Shown piece after piece: positions 34,901 to 49,000 of a stretch of 64,000 bases of DNA. The position numbers were made by a program, and so were the translations under genes. The notes below the pieces were generated by a model. It was given only the letters and a program-made list of their open reading frames with translations. It was not told where the DNA came from and ran no database searches. How positions within the stretch are numbered: position 1 is the first letter of the stretch; each line of letters begins with the position of its first letter. The stretch spans positions 16,492,001 through 16,556,000 of the forward strand of contig CM059429.1 in assembly GCA_030390025.1 (NCBI GenBank). Direction: 5' to 3'. Origin of the DNA: Squalus acanthias (Eukaryota).

Positions 34901-37900
34901 GGTAGAAGATCAGCCATGATCTTATTCAATGGCGGAGCAGGCTCGAAGGACCAAATGGCCAACTCCTGTTCCTATTTCTTATGTTCTTATTATCACATTG
35001 CTGTTTGTGGGAGCTTGCTGTGCGCAAATTGGCTGCCGCATTTCCTACATTACAACAGTGACTACATTTTTTTTTAAAGTACTTCATTGGCTGTAAAGCG
35101 CTTTGGGACGTCCGGTGGTCGTGAAAGATGCTATATAAATGCAAGCCTTTTTTAAATATCTTTACTATATTAAAAATCATAGATCTGACTGCACTTCCGT
35201 AATTTTTTCCCCACAAAAATTCCTACATCCACATTGATAAAGCAAACTGTCTATGTCAACATATCATACTGCAATTGCATCATCCCACCAGTGGAGGCAC
35301 TGGCAGGAGGGCAATATTACAGCATGAGAAGTTTGCATGGGCAGGTCCATTGTAAATGTGGAAATAGGAATTTATATTGGGAATGATGACTGTATTATGT
35401 CTGCACACTTTGGTCCATTATCTCCTGCCCTCTCACCAACTTCCCCGAGGACGACACTTGGTCTTGACTCCCCCATGTTCAGTGCTACAGCATATCGACT
35501 GCTGTTACGTTGAAAATGTTGTTATATGCTCATTTCCTATCTGCAAACTTCACTTCCTGTTATCATGATCACTTTTTTTAATGTCAGTATTTAACATTGA
35601 AAATGCCTGCATAATCAGTTACAATGGGGTTTCCCTATGTAAGGGGATCACAGTGGTGCTGTAGTTGCCGGCTGCAGCCATTAGTTGGCGCTGTAGTTCC
35701 AATGAACCCTGTATCCTCAGACAGTGTGAGCAATGCCACGGGAGATGTACTAGTATTTTAAAGTGCGGAAGGGGTGGGAAGCAGGGACGTACCAGTTCCT
35801 CGACCGTTTTGAGTGGCGTCCTTTCGGGCTGTAGTTTCTGGGCTGTTCTCCGGATATACACCGACACCAGCTTCATCAGCAGTAGCTGGATCACCACTTC
35901 CTGGGTGCAGGCTATCAACATGGCTTCCCAGAAATCAACCAGGAGTTGCGGAGTCTCCTCCTCATTTTTTTCATCGCCGCCTTTTTCACAGAGCGCCTGC
36001 CAACAACAACAGAAAATAATCAGGCACTGCGTCGACAGCTCCCTCCCCCATTCCCTTCACTTTTAACAGACTTCCACTCCCTATTCTATTTTGCACATTA
36101 AGCATCGCGAAAAGCCATTACTGGAAATGTTGGAAATATGTAGATGACAAGAGAGGACCTTACAAGAGTTAGAAAAGATATTGAACAGTAGGGAAAAGGT
36201 ATATCTGGAGAATTATTTCAAACTGAAGAGTGACAGTGTAACAAGGGGACACAGGTTCATACTGGCAAAATTTACGACTGATGTTTTTCACACAAAGGGG
36301 TAGATGTTGACTTTGTGCGGTAGTGTAAAACGCGCGATAGAGAGTTGTCAACCCGCTTTACACCTCTCCCCATTTTTTATCTCCATTGAATTGGATAAAT
36401 ACGTGAAAAGGAAAAATTTGCAGGGCTATTGGGGAAGAGCAGGGGAGCAGGACTAATTGGAGAGCTCTTTCAAAGAGCCGGCACGATGGGCTGAATGGCT
36501 GCCTCCTGTGCTGTGTCATTCTATTCAGCATCATCTCTTATCCCAGCCAGGAGTTTAACAAATGAAGAGCATTAACTCCCTCTGCTGGTTACATACATAT
36601 TTACATAATAATGGGCCGTATATTCCGATCCCTACGCACTGTGTACACACCCGTAGGGACATCGGAAATGCCGGTTTCAGGCATGCCAAGCGCATGCGCT
36701 GAAAACCGGCATTTCCGACCTGTCAAGAATGCTCGACAGATCGGACGCCTGCCCTGGAGAAGGGCCTCTGCGGGCGGATAGTTCCGCTTTCTGGAGAACC
36801 TCCACCCATAGAAAACCCTTAAAAATCTTACGCCTGGTAAAAGCAGGCGTAAGGCCTGCTTTTACCAGCATAACATTTGAAAAAAAGTTAAAAAAAAAAC
36901 TCATTTATAATTTAAAAATACTTTTTAAAAAAAGCTTATTTTTAGCCCTGTAAAAAACTTATTATTTTTTTCAAAAAATTAGATTTGTTTAAAATATTTA
37001 ATTTATTGTAATTTCAACTAATTATAAAAATGTGATATTTAAAACATTTATTTAATGTTTTACTGTGTTTTTGGGGTGATCTCCATTCATATATTTGACA
37101 GGTCTATCTATCAAGTGTATGAAGGCAGATTCCCTTCTCCTATTGGCACCCCATGGCCCATGTGATCCCAGGAACGCTTGCGAACCACCTGCGCCTCTGG
37201 GATACGCGGGCCCTGCGCATTTCGTGTTGGAGAGGCCCAGGAGCGGAAGTGTCCGGACCTCGGGAGCCCTCAGGTAAGTGCGTAGATTTTTTCCAGATCG
37301 GAGGCCTCCGCACGCAGGAAGCCTCCGATCGGAAAATACGGCCCATAGTCTTTAAAACACGACATCCCCAGCCAATGTACGAGCCGACACTTACACTCAC
37401 TAAGAAAATTGAGCTAGTACAACAGCAAACAACTAAGACTGTGGCACACTTAAAAAAAAAAAATCCCACCAAATGCATATCAATAATTGTTCAAAATGGA
37501 AGTTTCTAAGCTACTTCCAATATTTATGAAGCGAAGTTCTACTCATTAATCATGAAGAAATTACATTATTTTGAAATAAATGAGTAGGGAATGTTGAGGA
37601 AATGGGGTGTGGAGTTGTAACAGTCTCAATCACTTTGGGAATGCAGGATCAAATGAAGCTCGGAATGAGGGGATGAAATCGGCTCGAGTGGTAGCGGAAT
37701 TTAGTTTGCAGTTTTAGGTCGGAATTATAAAGAATCTAGAACCTGGCATATATGGAATATCTGCATCTCTTTACATCAGTGGTGTTGGACAGCATTTAGT
37801 GTGCTGGGTCTGTAATGGAGGTCTTTCAGGCAAACCGTTGAACACTTAGCCATACTGAGGCACACAGCCGTAGGTTAATTAACAGCCACAGTAGTCACAA

Positions 37901-40028
37901 CCGATGATTCCCCCTAATTTTTTTTGGGTGCGCGGCCCATTCAAAGTTTCACGCATGCGTGAAATTTCACATTTGAAAAGCCGGGCCCGGGCTGCGCGGA
38001 GGGAACGTCGGTCATGACATGTTGCGTCTGAAAGCTTGACCATAGACTAAGTTCAAGGTTTATGCGAGTTAAAATAAACTCTGCAATTTAGGATCCAAAG
38101 TCAAAGCAAAATAGTCATGCTAAACTTTTACAAATCACTGGTTAGGCCTCAGCTGGAGTATTCTGTCCAATTCTGGGCACCATACTTTAGGAAGGATGTC
38201 AAGGCCTTGGTGTGAGTGCAGAGGTGATTTACTGGAATGGTACCAGGGATGAGGGAATTCAGTTATGTGGAGAGACTGGAGAAACTGGGATTGTTATCCT
38301 TAGAGCAGAGAATGTTAAGGGGGAGATTTAATAGAGGTGTTCAAAATGATAAAGGGTTTTGATAGAGTAATTAAGGAGAAACTGTTTCCACTGGGAGGAG
38401 GGTCGATAACCAGAAGACACAGATTTAAGGTAATTGGCAAAGGAATCAGAGGGGAGATGAGAATTTTTTTTAAACACAGCGAGTTGTTACGATCTGGAAT
38501 GCACGGTCTGAAAGGGCGGTGGAAGCAGATTTAATAGTGACTTTCAAAAGGGAATTGGATAAATACTTGAAAAGGGAAAATTTACAGGGCTATGGAAGAA
38601 AGGGCAGGGGAGGGCACTTATTGGATAGCTCTACCAAAGAGCCGGCACAGGCACCATAGGCTAAATGGCTTCCTTTTGTGCTGTATGATTCGATGATTCT
38701 ATAATACAGCATTTGATTCTCCCCAATGGGAGGGTTTGTCACTGGTGTAGAAGATTCTAAAATAACTTGCATTAAAAAAAAACTGTAAACAGACCTTAAA
38801 GAACAAGTCAGCCTCTTCGAGCTTAATTTTGTTACTATCCAGTAAAGCAACATACGCGGCTACCAGGAGGCCAGGCTGGGTCCTCTCCAGCTCACGACAT
38901 AACGCAGTTGCCACAATGCCATGATGTCGCAAGAGATTCGGTTCTGCCACAAAACCACAAACCAACCTCATCTGTCAAAAAACAAAAGCAGACAATTCAA
39001 TGAAACGCAGTCAGTCAGTAACCCAGAGTGTGTCAATGGAACGCAGTCAGTCACTAACCCAGAGTGTGGCAATGGAACGCAGTCAGTCAGTCACTAACCC
39101 AGAGTGTGTCAATGGAACGCAGTCAGTCACTAACCCAGAGTGTGTCAATGGAACGCAGTCAGTCAGTAACCCAGAGGGTGTCAATGGAACGCAGTCAGTC
39201 AGTAACCCAGAGTATGTCAATGGAACGCAGTCAGTCAGTAACCCAGAGTGTGTCAATGGAACGCAGTCAGTCACTAACCCAGAGTGTGGCAATGGAACGC
39301 AGTCAGTCAGTCACTAACCCAGAGTGTGTCAATGGAACGCAGTCAGTCACTAACCCAGAGGGTGTCAATGGAACGCAGTCAGTCAGTAACCCAGAGTGTG
39401 TCAATGGAACGCAGTCAGTCAGTAACCCAGAGTGTCAATGGAACGCAGTCAGTCACTAACCCAGAGTATGTCAATGGAACGCAGTCAGTCAGTAACCCAG
39501 AGTGTGTCAATGGAACGCAGTCAGTCACTAACCCAGAGTGTGGCAATGGAACGCAGTCAGTCACTAACCCAGAGTGTGTCAATGGAACGCAGTCAGTCAG
39601 TAACCCAGAGTGTGTCAATGGAACGCAGTCAGTCAGTAACCCAGAGTGTGTCAATGGAACGCAGTCAGTCACTAACCCAGAGTGTGTCAATGGAACGCAG
39701 TCAGTCACTAATCCAGAGTGTTTCAATGATCAGACTATCTCAGAACTCTTGATTAATGCAACGCTCTCCTACTTGGACAAGGTCCATTGATAATGTGTTG
39801 CAACAGAAAAATTAGTTTGTTCTGACTTTTACCTTAATGCAAATTCCAGATCATGGTCCTTCCTCCCTCCCCTCCTTATTTTTAAACTTGAGAAACCTGG
39901 GTAAAAGGCTAATGTCTATGGTACAAGGGTGAAAAGATTAGCAGATAAACCAAATCAAGAGCTAGTGATAAGTGGATGCCAATCTTAGATTCTAAAAGTC
40001 TGATTGTAGAAGAAAAACAGTGCCAGCT

Positions 40029-40063
<35 letters not shown>

Positions 40064-43000
40064 AAGGTTGTGGGTTCAAGTCCCACTCCAGACACTTGAG
40101 TGCACAATCTAAGCTGGCACTTCACTGAGGGAGTGCTGCACTGTCGGAGGTGCTGTCTTTCGGATGAGACGTTAAACCGAGGCCCCGTCTGCTCTCTCAG
40201 GTTGACGTAAAAGATCCCATGACACTATATTGAAGAGCAGAGAGTTCTCCCTGGTGTACTGGCCAATATTTATCCCTCAACCAACATCACAAAAAAAATG
40301 ATTATCTGGTCAATACCACATTGCTGTTTGTGGGAGCTTGCTGTGTACAAATTGGCTGCTGCATTTCCTACATTACAACAGTAACGGCAATTCGAAAGTA
40401 CTTCATTGGTTGTAAAGCACTTTGGGACATCCTGAGGTCGTGAAAGGCAAGTTCTTTCTTTTTTTTTTTCTTTGTTAAGGCAGAGAGAACAGGGAAAAGG
40501 GGAAAAAAATAGATGGAAAGCAGAGGAACAAAATGAGTGGGAGGAGGAATGGGGAAAGAGAGAAGGGAGGAAAGACAGGAGGGAGGGAGACGGAAGAAAG
40601 GAGGAAAAATAGAGAAGGAAGGGGAGAGTGGAGAGAGGGAAAAGAATAGTTGGAAGTTGAAGGGGAGGGATTTAGTAAACATCCCAGCACACCAGAACAT
40701 TCTTGTGGGACTTAAGAGTCGATAAAGAGGAGGCATTTAACAATATATATTAATCCTCTGAACTTTCTTCTCCTGTTCCTTGAAAAATGAAAAATATGCT
40801 GGTTTACGCACACTACCTTCTCCTTATATCATCACCATGTTGAAGTAAACACCCATCATCCAGTCTCCTCCACTAACTCATTCTTTCCCAGCTCCTCAAA
40901 ACTGTGGATCACCTCAAATTTTCCTTCCGCCAGTGCTTGAAGGGGTGGCGGGGGGTAAATTCAAATCTAATCTGCGGCAACATTATTTCAGCCAGTCAGT
41001 GCTCAATCTATGGAACAGACTCCCTAGGGAGATGGTAGAAGCATTAAAATGCAAATGAGATAGATTTCTTTCAGAAAATAAAATTTGGGGGATACGAGTA
41101 ATTTGAGACGTGACGTGTGGTGAGTGTAGCGTGCTTGAGGGGAACAGGTGACTTTGGACCCATGGTTCCCAAAGCTCTCCACCACTAGGGGTTTTCCTCA
41201 CGTCATGCTTGGGTCTGCTGTAGACTCATTGATAGAGACTGATCGCCGTGATTAAGCAGCAACTCCATTACCGTTGTAGCATGCGACGGCCAGGACGGTA
41301 GAAGGCGAACCAGATGGACCTTGGTCTTTCTTCGTCTAGCAATTCTCATGTTCCTCCTGCAATCCACAGACTTTTGAAACAGAAGCTGTGGCCTCACCAA
41401 ATCACCTGTTTCTGGGCTTGTCTGGCCCTCCTCTCTCACCTTTGGTCCGGTCCTGTGCTGCCCTGGTTTCTCAAATAAATTAAAACTAAAAGTGTGGGTC
41501 AACCCTGAAGAGGAGACAGACAGCATTAGCACGGTACTGGGGCATGTTACAGTTTAGGAGTTGCAGCTGCGTCATCCATTGCAAAGGAAAATACTCCATG
41601 GGGGGAGGGGACAGAATACTCGCACAAGACAGCTATCATTTACATTTATTTTAGGTGTTTTAAGTCATCACTAAATAATGGAAAGTACAGCTACAAGTTG
41701 CATTTTTAGCGACTATTTATTCTAAACAAATGTAATAGGGTTGGAGGAGGCTCGTGTGGAGCACAAACACCAGCACAAACACCAGTTGGGCCGAATGGCC
41801 AGTTTCTGTGCTGTAAATTCTATGTAATTAACAAGGGGAGCGATAGCAGTGCTCAGACATGGAACAGTTTTCCAGTTTTAGCACGCAGTGTAAACAAACA
41901 CTCAGCTCAGGGACAACATGGGCCAACTGCAGAGTAACGCTTCCTCTATTTTGCTCCAATAATGTACTTTAACTCCAATCTCAGTAAAGCACCTGCTAAC
42001 GAACCAGTGGGACACTTTCAGTTCCTACACCAATTATTCTTACAGAGAATGCCAAGTTTGAGTCAATTTATGCCTGGTCTTGCACTCAAGAACTAGCTAT
42101 GATTTTGTCTGACATCGTATTCATTAATGGACCAGCAGATGGAGATTTTCAGCTCATCACGCAATCCTTCATTCCAGAGTAACACTGGGGCCCGACTCAG
42201 AATTTCCACTGCAACTTTTATTTAGTGTTTGGTGTGAAGCCAACTCCCTTTGCACCAACAAATTACAGGAGGACATTAATAAACTTGCAGAATGGGCATA
42301 TAATTGGCAAATGAAGTTCAACACAGATAAATGTGAGGCATTACATTTTGGTAGGAAGAATAGGGAGGTCACTTATTACTTGGAGGGTGCGAGTCTAGGT
42401 GGGGTAGAGGAACAAAGGGATCTTGGAGTACAAATACACAAATCACTCAAAGTTGTGACACAGGTTAGCAAGGCCATAAAAATGCAAACCAAGCACTAGG
42501 GTTTTATTTCTAGTGGTATAGAATTGAAAAATAGGCAAGTTATGCTAAAGCTGTATCGAACCTTGGTTAGACCACACTTAGAGTACTGCGTGCAGTTCTG
42601 GTCGCCATATTATAAAAAGGATATAGAGGCACTGGAGAGGGTGCAGAGAAGATTTACAAGGATGATACCAGAAATGCAAGGGTATACATATCAAGAAAGG
42701 ATGAACAGGCTGGGTCTCTTTTGAAAAGAGAAGGCTGAGGGGTGACCTAATAGAGGTCTTTAAAATCATGAAAGGTTTTGATAGAGTGGATAGAGAGAGA
42801 GAGTGTTTCCACTTGTGGGGAAGAGCATAACTAGAGGACATCAATATAAGATAGTCACCAAGAAATCCAATAGGGAATTCAGAAGAAACTTCTTCACCCA
42901 GAGAGTGATGAGAATGTGGAACTCGCTACCACAGGGAGTGGTTGAGGCGAATAGTATAGATGCATTTAAGGGGAGGCTGGACAAGCATATGAGGGAGAAG

Positions 43001-46000
43001 GGAATAGAGGGTTATGCTGATAGATTTAGATGAGGAAAGACGAGAGGAGGCTCGAGTGGAGCATAAACGCCGGCATGGACTGGTTGGCCTGTTTCTGTGC
43101 CGTATATCCTATGTAAACACTGCACTTGCAGCAGGAGGATGAGCTGAACCAAGAAGCCTTGGTTTAGGTGATGCCCAGCTTGGGTTTTAAAAGGCTTGTA
43201 GGTAAGTCAGAGCTTTAAAGTGGACAGTGCAAAGATTTATCTACATAAACTCCACCTCGCTGTACCGCTCCATGGCCATCTGGTACTTCTGCAGGTCTGC
43301 GATTCTCAGCGCCACCGTTGCTTTGGTCAGCGTCACTAGGGGCGATGGGCTGATTACGGCCAGCCTCTCCAGATGGTCCCATGCAGTTCTCAGGCACACG
43401 TTTCTCATGCATGGACTGCACAAGACATGAGGAATTTGGGTTGGTTCTGCCAGCTTGAATATGTGCAACACCTGGTTCGCCGTGTCCTATAGGATTAAAA
43501 ATAATATTACTGTACTTCCAAAAAGCAAACAAAAGCATTTTATTATTAAAAGAATATTCCATCCAACCCCTGTGGGCTCCAAACTTCATGGAATCATTGA
43601 AATTCAACTCTTACCATCATCCCCTCGCTTTTTAAAATCTTTAGACTCATACAACAACAACTGGCATTTATCTAGTGCCTTTTACACAATAAAATGTCCC
43701 AAGGCACTTCACAGAAGCATTACCAGACACAATTTGACACCGAGCCACATAAGGATATATTAGGAAAAGTGCCCAAAAGCTTGGTCAAAGAGGTAGGTTT
43801 TAAGGAGCGTCTTAAAGGAGGAGAGGGAAGTAGCCAGGTGGAGAGGTTTAGGGAGGGAATTCCAGAGCTTAGGGCCTAGGCAGCTGAAGGCACGGCAGCC
43901 AATGGTGGAGCGAAGGAAATCGCAAGAGGTCTGAATTGAAGGAGCACAGAGATCTTGGAGTTTTTTTAGGGTTGGAGGAGATTACAGAGACAGGGAGGGG
44001 CGAGGCCATGGAGGGATTTGAACACGAGGATGAGAATTTTAATATCGAGACGTTGCCAGACCGGGAGTCAATGTAGGTCAGCGAGCACAGGGGTGATGGA
44101 TGAGCAGGACTTGGTGCGAGTAAGTACAAGGTGGCGATGCCATACTAAAACTATACAGTACTCTGGTCAGACCACATTGTCCAGTTTTTGTTCGCAAAGA
44201 CAGAAGAGATGACAGTTCAGCCAAGGAAGAGATGTAAGAAAAACCAAGAGGCCAATCCCGAGCGTCAGAGGATTGAGTGGTGAAAAAAAATGGGAAAATC
44301 TTGGGCTTTTCAGTCTTGAAAGGAGGCGACTAAGACAGGACCCGAGAGGTATGCAAATTAGTAAGTGCCAAAGAAAAGGTAAAGCCAAAACACGACTTCA
44401 AACTGCGACAGCTGAACAACGGGACACAGGTTCAAACTAACGAGAGGCAAATGATATCAGAATGTTCTTCTTTATATAAAGAGCGATTGACACATGGAAT
44501 GGATTCTGAGCAGGGTAACATGGAAAAATGCTGACCCATTTGTTGTGAAGGTGGTGGGAGGTGGGGGGGGGGGGGGGGGGGGGGGGGGAGCAGGGAGGTG
44601 GGGTTTGCAACCAGAGAGTCTTTCTGGATGGATGGATGGATGGATGGATGGGTGAAATGTCTTCCTCATGCATGTCTACTTTGTGTTTATAGGCATAGCC
44701 TGTTAGCTTCAACCTCTATTATTTCATTTGCATAGCTAATTGGCAGACAGATACATCTTGGACTCATCAGAACAGTAGTAGCCAGGCAAGGTTAGGCAGC
44801 ACAGCATGCAATATTCCGGATTGTATCAGACAGCATCCAAGGATAGATTTAAAACCGCTTACTGCGCTCAGTGGCTCTTCAATTTCCTCATAGACAGAAT
44901 GCCTTAAGTAGTACATAAATCCGTTTCCAAATTTCTGAGGTTCATTTTCCCATGTCGGCCTTCTGCTGATTAAGTCACTCAGTGACACGCCCGACATCTT
45001 ATAGTAGGGGAGAGCGAGGTGAAAGTCATCCATCTCAAACCTATTGCCAAAATGAAGTCCACACATCAGTTAAAACAGCCTTTAACACAGATTATAAACA
45101 AGCAATTGCTCAACTCCTTAATTTGGTGTTCACTCGGGTATACCACCAGTTAGTGGAAAACCAGGGAGTCAAGATCAACTAACATACTCATTCTAAAATC
45201 AGAGGAGCCAGGTAATACTGTTTGAGATACGAGCCGTCATACAGCTCGAAAGAAATTTCATGGGAATCTCTGGGGAACGTCAAAGCACCAGTCATAGAAT
45301 CATCCAGCACAGAAAGAGGCCATTCGGCCCATTGTGCCTGTGCCGGCTCTTTGAAAGAGCTATCCAATTAGTCCCACTCCCCCCCCCCCCCGCCCTTTCC
45401 CCATAGCCCTTGCTGCAGTACGAGGTAAATAAATATTAATTGGAAGGCACCTCAGATATAAGTAACACAAGCAAAGGACTGGCCGATCACACTTCTAAAT
45501 ACAGCAGGAGACCCACACATAAAAACAAGCTCTCCCAGGTCACAATCTCACTGCTGCCCAGACTATACCAATAAACCCCAGCTTTGCAGTTTCTCTTGCT
45601 CTCTCCCTCTCTCGGTTAGAAAAAGCAAGAGAATGCTTATGGAGGCAGGGTTTTCCCAGCAGTCACTGCACAGGTGAAAGTGCTCCATTAAAACCTCAGG
45701 CCTCCATATTGCTTTCAGGATTTCTGCAGGGTTGCCAACCCCCCCGGATTGTCTCTCGGAATGGGAGACAAATCTCCCGGGGCAGTGCAGACAGTAGGAT
45801 ATCGGGGCGTTCCAGACCATCAGTGAGTTATTGTACTGCTGTTGGTTATGAGTGTTACCAGTATTACTATTAAGTTATGGGTGCAAGTTCAGTGAATTAC
45901 TATTAGTTACTGGTGGAATCAAAGTCCCTCCCACCTCTGGTTTCCACCCCCCCCCCCCAACCCCTGCAGATAATCCCTCCCCCACTTTGGTTTCCCTTCT

Positions 46001-49000
46001 TTGCCTGCTCACGGGCAGCCTTCTGATTCTCGGAACTTCTCGCACAACACAACTTATATTTCATAAAGTACCACTCCTGCCACCCCAAACCCGGCCCTGC
46101 CCTATCTTGACCCAATCACTCAGTATATAAAATCTATCCCCATCTGTCTTATCAGAGGTCTTTTGGGGGGGGGGGGGGGGCAGAATTCTGTGCTACGGAG
46201 CTGTAGAGTGCCTTTGGGCAGATCACAGAGACAGAGGCCACTGTCCCTTCAGCCAAGCACGACACGCTGAGCCCCGCCCATTGGACATGTGTTCCGGCCA
46301 GCGGGCTCTCCCAGCTGAGCATCAGAGACTTCAAGTTTGAATTTTGTACATCCCTGTTTGAAACTGGTCTCTCTCCAGGCTCGCCGACGGGGCCTCGGTT
46401 TAACGTCCCATCCAAAAGATGGCACAAAACCAGGAGCAAAGGTGCTCAACTACAGGGGACATCGGAACAGGAGGAGGCCATTCAGCCCCTCGAGCCTGTT
46501 CCGCCATTCAATGAGACCATGGCTGATCTGTATCCTAACTCCACCCACCTGCCTTGGCTCCATATCCCTTAATATCCTTGTCTAGCAAAAATCTATCATC
46601 TCAGATTTAAAATTATTAATTGAGCTATGCATCTACTGCTATTTGTGGGAGAGAGTTCCACACTTCTACCACCCTTTGTGTGAAGAAGTGTTTCCTGACT
46701 TTTCTCCTGAATGGCCTGGCTCTGATTTTAAGGTTAGGTCCCCTAACCCTGGATTCCCCTGCCAGTGGGAAAAGTTTCTCTCCAACAATTACTTTCAGGA
46801 TCCTAAAGACCTCAATCAAATCATCCCTCAACCTTCTATATTCCAGGGAATACAAGCTAGTTTGTGTAATCTCTCCTTATAATCTAACCCTCGGAGCCCT
46901 GGTAATATTCTGGTGAATCTGCGCTGCACTCCTTCCAAGGCCAATATATCCTTTCTAAGAACTGTACACAGTACTCAGATGTGAATCCAACCGTTGTAAG
47001 GTAAACACAACAACATTTGCAGATGTCACGTGGTCAAACCTCTAGCCAGAGTTGGCAACCCTTGATTTCTGTGATGTTGAATCAATACATCTCATTGGAA
47101 ATAACATTTTCTAGGAAAGTGAAAGCACATACTGGCTGAAACAGTCTCCCAGTTGGGTGCAGTTCTCTTTGAAAGCAGACAGTAATTCTTCGCCGTCAGT
47201 CTGGTTGCATCGGTCAGGGTCCAGGAGAGCTGCTTTTAACATCAGGTGGGCCTCACTCAGCAGATGAACGTAACTCTGGGGACTGCAGTCCTTGTACCTT
47301 TTACTATAATCGACCTGCAACAGGGTTCAAATGTTGAAGGTCAGCGCAGCATCCAATTATCATGTCAATACCAATGGGGAAATGCAAACTACTCACCATC
47401 TCCCTGCACAGCTGAACTGTTGGAATCATCTGAAGGCAATATAAATTCCACCCGGGTTCGCTGGTAACCGATGGCGTTTTATTAATAGTCCTGAATTTTT
47501 GAGGCCTACAAAAATATATATATATAAAAAAGTTTTGTTCAGCTTTGCCAAGTTTTGTTGATTTAATGCCATGACTGAATTAGATGAGCCTGGAGTTAGA
47601 TGGTAATAGTTTGTAATTGGAGCAAAGCATTAATTCCATTTAATACCAACTTTACACAGTAGAATCGAGTTATAATGATGGATTTGGCTAGTAGACCAAA
47701 CGATCACTATAACTGTGCTGATTATAGCCAATCCCCCAGGTCTACTGCAGTCCCGCAGAGTAGCACTTTTGCCAAGCTCAATTGTCGGTTAGTGCTTAGC
47801 TGTATTCTATTCAGAGTAGCAGTTTGGGACTAAATGATTGTATTTTTTAAAAAACATTCAAATCAACAGATATTAAAATTGTTAATGTTAAGACACAAGC
47901 AAGTACCTAGCAGAGCGGAGCAGACCTGCAGTGCATCAAGGGAATCCAGCGCAAATGGATCAGTACAACCCTTGGAAAACATCAACATTCTACACAAAGT
48001 GGTTTTTGGCAACTGGGAATTAGAGCCTTATAATGGCATGATCACAAGTGGATTCAACCGTAGTGGGAACTGCAAATGAGTTGGTCTTAAATCTTCATTA
48101 TTATGAGGAAGGTAATAAAGATTGACTAGCAAAGGGGTCAACGGTTCAATTAGGGACCTGATCATCAGTAAATGTTCAGATTTTTTTTGTCTTTGATTCA
48201 CATGTTGCCCTTTAGAATGAATGCTCCGGGGGATGCTCTCACATTCAAGTGACGTGGAATGGTAGGGTGCAGGAACTTTGTACTCACGATCCTTTCTTTG
48301 ACTCATTTCGTCTATCTTGGACACTGACACTGACCTCTGCCTTGGCCAGCAGAATTAAGTGGTTTCTGGAATGGCACGCAGCTCTTAGTCCGATAAAGAG
48401 CTGCATGCGCAAGGCGCACACCGGCATGAAAAATGGTGGACAGGCCTAACCAAAGAGAAACACCAGCAGGAAAAACAGTTATATAAGTTGGGGAATCAAC
48501 AGGTAAAGACATGACATTTAATGTTAAAGTGTACTTAACCTGCCCCACCCCACCTTGTTTGAAATGATCTAGATTGATATTTCAGAGAAAAATACAAGAT
48601 TATCTGGCAGCTCAGCTCACTTGTTAATACTCCCGCCTCCGAGCCAGACGGTCGTGGTTCAAGTCCCCCACCAAGGCATGAACACATAACTAGGCTGCCA
48701 CGCCAATACAGTACTGAGGGAGCGCTGCATTGTTCGAGGTTGTGTCTTTCAGATGAAACGTTGAACTGAGGCTCTGTTTGCCTGTTCTACTAGATGTTGA
48801 AGATCCCATGGCAGTATTCAAAGAAGATACGGAATTTTCCTAGTGTCTTGGCCAACAATCCTCCCTCAAACAAATACCATTAACAACAGCTTAACTAATC
48901 GTTCAACTCTTTCTTTTACGAATGACATCGTCGTCACAGAATGGTTGCTACATTTGCACGGACAAAAATGCTGTCAGTACACTGTGATAAGGTGTTGTAC

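Larger units (their letters stand above)
27912..34988 (+). mobile_element. Near-full-length CR1 LINE (5' UTR, ORF1 with CxxC and SGNH/GDSL esterase, ORF2 APE+RT, 3' tail), inactivated and itself interrupted
   Basis: ORF1: [19 protein letters not shown] (28340-28938), resuming at 30781; ORF2: [40 protein letters not shown]; stops and frameshifts present. Confidence 0.92.
27591..35155 (+). mobile_element. Deu-domain SINE (SacSINE1-like) split by a near-full-length CR1: 5' part 27591-27911, 3' part 34989-35155
   Basis: SINE reads ...CAGATTATCTGGCCA at 27911 and resumes TATCACATTGCTG at about 34990, exactly where intact copies (e.g. 49610-49640) are contiguous. Confidence 0.85.

Noticed and set aside
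35619-35792. ORF extension past HPS3 exon 13 containing a CSH motif, considered as exon 14
   Set aside because: A better exon 14 with proper splice sites and [17 protein letters not shown] was found at 25635-25739.
39000-39790. Repetitive ORFs ([10 protein letters not shown] / [11 protein letters not shown])
   Set aside because: Translations of a 36-bp minisatellite inside an HPS3 intron; no splice or other coding evidence.
40020-40095. tRNA-like sequences (also 27591, 49316, 51905, 52900, 55490)
   Set aside because: A/B boxes run directly into SINE bodies and LINE-like tails; these are SINE heads, not tRNA genes.
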